Shown here one piece after another: positions 59,825 to 64,000 of a stretch of DNA of 64,000 nucleotides. Under the pieces are notes generated by a model. It worked only from the letters and a program-made list of their open reading frames with translations. It did not search any database and was not told the DNA's origin. Position 1 is the stretch's first letter. Each line of letters opens with the position of its first letter. This DNA is from Spirochaetota bacterium (lineage in GTDB: Bacteria > Spirochaetota > UBA4802 > UBA5550): positions 1,728,001-1,792,000 of the forward strand of contig CAXXHB010000003.1 of assembly GCA_963664815.2 (NCBI GenBank), in the 5' to 3' direction. A program made the translations under genes and the position numbers.

Positions 59825-60961
59825 ATGATAAATGAAGAAAATTTATACCGGGAGCTGCAGATTCACCTTGATAAACTTCCGGTAGGTTATCCCGCAACCA
59901 GGTCGGGAGTGGAGCTGGAATTGCTGAAATATTTTTTTGATACAGAAGAGGCAAAGGCCGCATTATCCCTGGGGCTTACAATTTCGCCGCTATGGCGTAT
60001 CCGGAGACGCTACAGAAAGATGTTCGGGAGTGAAATAGAACCGGGAAAAATTAGGGCCATTCTCGACGGACTGTATATGAAGGGATCAATAAGGAGGAGT
60101 GACAAGGCTCCATATGGTTATGCCAATGCATTTCTTGCCATAGGGATGTTTGAATTTCATGTTGATGACCTTACGCCGGAACTGATTAATTTACTTCACA
60201 GGTATTATGATGAAGGATTTCAGGATGAGTTTTTCAGGGCGCTTCTCCCGCAGCTCCGCACAAGCCCGCATATGAAGGCAATAGTCCCGGAGCACAGAAT
60301 TGATACATATGACAATATGCGCGCCTATGTAAAGAACACGAAAGAGATTATCGGTGTGGCAAACTGCGTATGCAAACAGGGTGAGGCCATCATTGGAGAG
60401 AAGTGTAAGGTAACAGGGGACGATATTGAGATATGCATATTCTTCGGTGAGGGGAACTATCTCGACAGGAACAGGGGGAGGGTAATTACAAAGGATGAGT
60501 GTCTTGCCCTGCTTGATAAAGCCGAGGATAAAGGGCTGGTTTTACAGCCGGGGAACTCACTTCAGGCATTCTGCATCTGTCTCTGCTGCGGCTGCTGCTG
60601 CGGAGTTCTAACCAGCGCGAAGAAATTTGAAAAACCGGCTGAACTTTTCGCCACAAACTATTATGCTGAAATTGATTATGATAACTGCACCGGCTGCGGG
60701 GTATGTATAAAGCGGTGTCAGATGGATGCAATTAAGAGAACTGATAAACGAAGGGTTGAACTCAACTACGACAGGTGTATCGGCTGCGGACTATGCGTTA
60801 CAAAATGCCCGAAGAATGGGGTAAATTTACGCAGGAAGAGTAAAAAAACAAAGCCCCCTGCAAATATTGAACTTTTATACCTTACAATATTAAAAAGAAA
60901 GGCTGGTAAAAAGAAAATGATAATCTACCTGTTAAAACTGATGTTAGGAATGCCTTTATAA
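59825..60961 (+). CDS. Cys-rich 4Fe-4S dicluster protein
   Basis: CVCK, CICLCCGCCCG, CTGCGVCIKRC, CIGCGLCVTKCP. Confidence 0.88.
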   Translation: MINEENLYRELQIHLDKLPVGYPATRSGVELELLKYFFDTEEAKAALSLGLTISPLWRIRRRYRKMFGSEIEPGKIRAILDGLYMKGSIRRSDKAPYGYANAFLAIGMFEFHVDDLTPELINLLHRYYDEGFQDEFFRALLPQLRTSPHMKAIVPEHRIDTYDNMRAYVKNTKEIIGVANCVCKQGEAIIGEKCKVTGDDIEICIFFGEGNYLDRNRGRVITKDECLALLDKAEDKGLVLQPGNSLQAFCICLCCGCCCGVLTSAKKFEKPAELFATNYYAEIDYDNCTGCGVCIKRCQMDAIKRTDKRRVELNYDRCIGCGLCVTKCPKNGVNLRRKSKKTKPPANIELLYLTILKRKAGKKKMIIYLLKLMLGMPL

Positions 60962-61252
60962 AACGGCCGCTGCCTTATAAATTGAACGATTAGTTAAACA
61001 GACTGAATAAATATTTAAAAAAAACAGATGAATTTATAAGATTTCAACAATAGGCTTGACACCAACAGACGAAGTTTTAATTTATCAGCGTAATTTCATT
61101 TTTTAGCAAAGATTTTACAAAAAATAATTACAAAAACAAATATAAGTCAGTAAAAGAGATAAAGGCAGAATCAGCATGAAAAAAACAGACAGACAATTCT
61201 ACCTTTTTTTGTATATACTCATTTGCTGAATAAAATAATTACGGGGGCAATT

Positions 61253-63124
61253 ATGCTTAATCCAATAGTTGACACAAGGGATGTAAAATTCGTATTGTTC
61301 GAAATGCTGGAGATCGATGATCTGCTTAAATTACCGATGTATGCAGAGTTCGATCATGATACATTTGAGGCTACAATTGATCTGGCGGAACAGATTTCTG
61401 TTGATATGATCTACCCGACCGGTGAAGAGGGGGACAAGGTAGGTGCAAAATGGGACCCTGCAACAAAACAGGTTAAACTCCCTGATGGGTATCGTCCGGC
61501 GCTTGATGCATTTTATGAAGCCGGTTTCATGGGCTTTTTCGATGAGCAGAAACATGGCGGAATGGGCCTTCCTTTTACGATAGGATTCGGAGCCACAGAA
61601 TATGTGCTGGCGTGTAACTACGGTTTATGGATGTATACAGGACTCTCTCACGGCTGCATGGAACTCATCTATGAATTCGGTACAGAGGAGCAGCATAAAC
61701 TGTATGCCGATAAAATTATGTCCGGCGAATGGGGCGGGACAATGTGTCTCACAGAGGCTGATGCCGGATCCGATGTAGGTGCCCTTAAGACAAAAGCTGT
61801 AAAACAGCCTGACGGCACATATAAAATCACAGGTCAGAAGATATTCATCTCCGCCGGTGAAAATGATTACTTTGACAACATGATTCACCCCGTCCTTGCA
61901 AGAATCGAGGGGGATCCTAAGGGTACAAAGGGTATTTCAATATTCATAGTTCCCAAATACAGGCTCAAGGCTGACGGTACAAAGGGTGAGTTCAATGATG
62001 TGGTATGTACCGGGATTGAACATAAAATGGGCCTTCATGGGCAGGCGACATCACAGCTTGCATTCGGTGACAGCGGCAACTGTACAGGATATCTTCTCGG
62101 GGAGGAGCGCCAGGGTATGAAGATCATGTTCAAGATGATGAACTTTGCCCGTATGCTCACAGGCTTCCAGGGTCATTCAAATGCCTCGGCCGCATACATG
62201 CAGGCGGCGACATACGCCAAGAACAGGGTGCAGGGGCAGGATGTAACACAGATGATGAACCCAGACGCCCCCTCTGTAACTATCAGCCACCACCCCGACG
62301 TTAAGAGAATGCTCCTCTGGATGAAGTCGCATCTTGAGGGGCAGAGAGCGCTTATGCACTTTCTGTATAAACAGCAGGATTTATACCGTGCCTCTGAAGA
62401 TGAAAAGGTTAAAAATGAGGCCTTTGCACTGATTGAAATTCTTGTGCCGATATGCAAGGCGGGATTCACCGACAAGGGTGTGGATATATGCTCCATGGCA
62501 ATGCAGACATACGGCGGGTACGGATACTGCAAGGATTATCCGATAGCAAGGTACATGACCGATTCAAAGATCCTTACAATCTGGGAAGGGACAAACGGCA
62601 TACAGGCTATGGACCTTGTTATGAGAAAGATTCTCATGAACAAAAACCAGTATAACTACAGTATACTGAGCAGGAACATGCATGAGACTGTTGACCGGGC
62701 TAAAGGTATAGTTGACGAAAAGTATCTCAATCTGTTTGATGAGTCAATAAAAGAGATGGATTCACTTATAGAATTTTTTAAGCAGTCTATGGCCGGAGGG
62801 AAATTCCTTAATATATTCGCACAGGCATATCCCCTCCTTGAAGCGCTGTATGTTGTGGCGCTGGGATGGTGTCACCTCTGGAGCCTGACATTAACTCAGC
62901 CTAAAATGCAGGCGCTTGTGGGTGACCTTAAAGGTGCGGAAAGGGAGAAATTCCTTGATGACAACTCCGAAGCGGCATTTTATACCGGGAAAGTCCTGTC
63001 ATCGCAGTTTTTCCTCGGGAATGAGCTTCCCAAGTTCTTCGGGCGTTCAAAGGCAATCATGTTTAATGAAAGCGCAACAATCAAAGCAACAGATGCGATC
63101 TTCACAGGAATGCTGCGTGAGTAG
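61253..63124 (+). CDS. Long-form acyl-CoA dehydrogenase
   Basis: TMCLTEADAGSDVG, GQKIFISAGE, IEHKMGL, QTYGGYGYCKDYP, IWEGTNGIQAMDL. Confidence 0.93.
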   Translation: MLNPIVDTRDVKFVLFEMLEIDDLLKLPMYAEFDHDTFEATIDLAEQISVDMIYPTGEEGDKVGAKWDPATKQVKLPDGYRPALDAFYEAGFMGFFDEQKHGGMGLPFTIGFGATEYVLACNYGLWMYTGLSHGCMELIYEFGTEEQHKLYADKIMSGEWGGTMCLTEADAGSDVGALKTKAVKQPDGTYKITGQKIFISAGENDYFDNMIHPVLARIEGDPKGTKGISIFIVPKYRLKADGTKGEFNDVVCTGIEHKMGLHGQATSQLAFGDSGNCTGYLLGEERQGMKIMFKMMNFARMLTGFQGHSNASAAYMQAATYAKNRVQGQDVTQMMNPDAPSVTISHHPDVKRMLLWMKSHLEGQRALMHFLYKQQDLYRASEDEKVKNEAFALIEILVPICKAGFTDKGVDICSMAMQTYGGYGYCKDYPIARYMTDSKILTIWEGTNGIQAMDLVMRKILMNKNQYNYSILSRNMHETVDRAKGIVDEKYLNLFDESIKEMDSLIEFFKQSMAGGKFLNIFAQAYPLLEALYVVALGWCHLWSLTLTQPKMQALVGDLKGAEREKFLDDNSEAAFYTGKVLSSQFFLGNELPKFFGRSKAIMFNESATIKATDAIFTGMLRE

Positions 63125-63160
63125 TGATCACGATTCGGGCGTATCTTTAATAAACGAAAT

Positions 63161-63199
63161 AATAAAAAAGGCTGTTCCGGAAGGGCAGCCTTTTTTATT
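63161..63199. terminator. Bidirectional intrinsic terminator
   Basis: AATAAAAAAGGCTGTTC-CGGAA-GGGCAGCCTTTTTTATT between convergent genes; second small hairpin at 63224-63242. Confidence 0.85.
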
Positions 63200-63250
63200 A
63201 TATAGCCATTAAATATTCTAATATCTCCGCTGGCGGCGGAGAGATACCCG

Positions 63251-63949
63251 CTACTTTTTCAGCGATGCTCCGCAGGATTTACAGACAGTTGCAGTGGCAA
63301 CATTGAGTGTGCCGCAGTATCCGCATTTAACGGGCTGAGCAGCTTCATTTTTCTTTTTATCCGCAGCGGCTTTATCAGCTGTTAACTGGTCTGTCTTCTT
63401 TTTCTCAAGGTTTTCCCTGTCCCTGACTCTGGAAATTATTCTGTCAAGGTTTGAAACCGCAGTTTTAAGGTCCGACAGGACAAGTCCGGAAAGAGCGTCT
63501 GCATCAATTTTGCTGTTTACTGGATTTTTAAGCTTCATTTCAGAATCGTAGACAATTCTTTCAGCGTCACTTATTAACTGGTTTGAACTCATCATCTCGT
63601 TATAATCAAGTTTAAGTCCCCGTGCCTCGGTAGTCTTGGTACGGACTGAATATTTTAATGTTTTTATCTCTTTAAGGTTTCTTACAAAAGCGGAATTGAG
63701 AAGAGCGTTGGCGTCTGACATCTTCTGAATTTTCATCTTTTCATCAGAAATTGAAACAGCTTCATTCATTGCGGTTTCAGCATTTTTTATCTGCTCGTTC
63801 AGAACATTTGAGAATGAAGGATATTCATATTTCAGTTCATTGGCTTCCCTCATGTTTAAATCCCACGACTTTTTTTCCGATTCGACGGTTTTTTTACATG
63901 ATGCGAAGAGTACAAGAGATGCAACAAGCAGCAGAGAAATTTTTTTCAT
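63251..63949 (-). CDS. Helical lipoprotein with C-terminal zinc ribbon
   Basis: Lipobox FASC; coiled-coil body; CGYCG...CKSCGA; GAGGT RBS. Confidence 0.8.
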   Translation of the reverse strand: MKKISLLLVASLVLFASCKKTVESEKKSWDLNMREANELKYEYPSFSNVLNEQIKNAETAMNEAVSISDEKMKIQKMSDANALLNSAFVRNLKEIKTLKYSVRTKTTEARGLKLDYNEMMSSNQLISDAERIVYDSEMKLKNPVNSKIDADALSGLVLSDLKTAVSNLDRIISRVRDRENLEKKKTDQLTADKAAADKKKNEAAQPVKCGYCGTLNVATATVCKSCGASLKK

Positions 63950-64000
63950 AGTTTACCTCATCTGGAATAGTATTAATAGATTATATAACAAATATTTATG

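Noticed and set aside
63170-63190. SRP RNA-like CCGGAAGG..CAGC
   Set aside because: Lacks the CAGG/AGCAG internal loop context and has flanking A/T tracts; it is a terminator
1-64000. Many short antisense or overlapping ORFs in the track (e.g. 12240-12704, 13119-13682, 15307-15870, 17749-18306, 26297-26974)
   Set aside because: Shadows of well-supported genes on the opposite strand or frame; no motifs or RBS
1-64000. CRISPR array, rRNA, prophage, integrase or intact IS
   Set aside because: No regularly spaced repeats, rRNA signatures or such ORFs seen

Overview
Gene-dense, AT-rich bacterial chromosomal segment, most likely from an anaerobic Spirochaetota (Leptospirae-like) organism. That assignment is inferred from the proA-nadD-LCP-rsfS order, SpoIIE/TPR/FGE proteins, splB, frameshift-less prfB and many lipoproteins. 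Contents: a fatty/organic-acid catabolic cluster (2 CoA-transferases, 2 acyl-CoA dehydrogenases) divergent from a MerR/LiuR-type regulator with a perfect 17-bp-arm operator; a decayed ~2.9 kb accessory patch at the 3' end of tRNA-Arg(UCG); a spermidine-synthase-like membrane protein plus an exported MBL hydrolase; livJHMGF-ansA; a cereblon (CULT) homolog; a Yej/Opp peptide ABC transporter; a phosphatase signalling cluster; rlmN-PBP1A-M23-XRE-2xCNNM; STAS-HD-GYP-splB; prfB, fliS, purC, gatB, proA-nadD-LCP-rsfS; a BirA-operator-controlled birA-SSS transporter operon; a stand-alone NrdD glycyl-radical peptide; an Fe-S protein and a third acyl-CoA dehydrogenase. No CRISPR array, rRNA, intact IS or prophage was seen. 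Best leads: the candidate SSS biotin importer with its BirA box, the duplicated unrecognised domain in the spermidine-synthase-like protein, the structured terminator-containing leader at 42.3-42.5 kb, the orphan glycyl-radical peptide and the cereblon homolog. All family calls come from motif recognition by eye, not database searches.
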